Made by a program: the position numbers and the translations under genes
The notes under the pieces: generated by a model
Seen by the model: the letters and a program-made list of their open reading frames with translations, nothing else
Told to the model about the DNA's origin: nothing
Databases searched by the model: none
Origin: Chiloscyllium plagiosum
Lineage: Eukaryota
Length of the DNA stretch: 20,000 nucleotides
Assembly (NCBI RefSeq): GCF_004010195.1
Contig: NC_057720.1
Coordinates: 4,677,627 to 4,697,626, forward strand
Direction of reading: 5' to 3'
Shown here: positions 19,250 to 20,000 of the stretch, piece after piece
Position numbering within the stretch: position 1 is the stretch's first letter
How the letters are laid out: the number at the start of each line of letters is the position of its first letter

Positions 19250-19673
19250 ATTTGTAGCTCAGTGTGAGGTTCTGGATGTAGGTCTGCTCGCTGAGCTGGA
19301 AGGTTCATTTCCAGACCTGTTGTCACCATACTAGGTAACATCTTCAGTGGGCCTCAAGCACAACACTGCTGATAAATCCTGCTTTCTATTTATATGTTTG
19401 GGTTTCTTTGGGTTGGTGATGTCATTTCCTGTGGTGATGTAATATACGGATGAGGAAGGACACCACTTCGACTGGGACAACATATCCATGCTAGGACGTG
19501 CCAAACAAAGACATGCTCAAGAATTCCTAGAAGCATGGCATTCCGACCGAAACTCTATCAAAAAATATAATGAGTTAGACCCCATCTATTACCCCCTGAG
19601 AAAAAGAACAGGAAGTGACTTCACCACAGGAAATGACATCACCACAGGAAATTACATCACCAACCTAAAGAAA
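19250..19673. mobile_element. Second PLE family: inverted terminus (-) joined to ORF C-terminus (+)
   Basis: Plus strand from ~19445: DEEGHHFDWDNISMLGRAKQRHAQEFLEAWHS...LDPIY. 19403-19443 is inverted relative to ~19632-19673. ~18 bp tandem CACCACAGGAAATGACAT. Dead HHR on minus at 19311-19350 (CCA-CTGAAGA-T-GTTACC/GGTGAC-AACA-GGTC-TGG). Confidence 0.8.
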
Positions 19674-20000
19674 TTGCGTGCAATTCTGGTCTCCTTCCTA
19701 TCGGAAAGATGTTGTGAAACTTGAAAGGGTTCAGAAAAGATTTACAAGGATATTGCCAGGGTTGGAGGATCTGAGCTACAGGAGGAGGCTGAACAGGCTG
19801 GGGCTGTTTTCCCGGAGCGTCGGAGGCTGAGGGGTGACCTTATAGAGGTTTGCAAAATTATGAGGGGCATGGATAGGGTAAATAGGCAAAGTCTTTTCCC
19901 TTGGAGTCAGGGAATCCAGAACTAGAGGGCATAGGTTTAGGGAGAGAGGGGAAAGATAAAAAAGAGACCTAAGGGGCAACTTTTTCACGCAGAGGGTGGT
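19674..20000 (+). mobile_element. CR1 ORF2 3' fragment, runs off window end
   Basis: CVQFWSPSYRKDVVKLERVQKRFTRILP...ESRTRGHRF. Similar to 4055-4380. Confidence 0.93.

Overview
Repeat-dense vertebrate genomic DNA, most likely a cartilaginous fish (inferred from HE1/V-SINE-like SINEs and the CR1 and Penelope families present). Two host genes end here tail to tail: the last coding exon of a di-N-acetylchitobiase (CTBS-like, GH18) gene on + (1609-1812) and the last two coding exons of SPATA1 on - (18775-18938, 15540-15668), the same arrangement as in human. Most of the rest is nested retroelement debris: CR1 LINEs, an older second LINE family, SINEs, a degenerate LTR-element gag, three or four solo LTRs, and many Penelope-like element (PLE) derivatives. 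The PLEs carry minimal hammerhead ribozyme (HHR) motifs, inverted arms and 9-16 bp target-site duplications (TSDs). There is also a 10 x 49 bp minisatellite and a 949-N gap. I see no prokaryotic system or CRISPR array. The best leads are the small palindromic HHR-bearing PLE derivatives, a Trp-to-Gln change in a conserved CTBS motif, and a 36 bp locally templated insert at a CR1 5' junction. Family names come from recognition, not database searches, and boundaries without TSD support are approximate.
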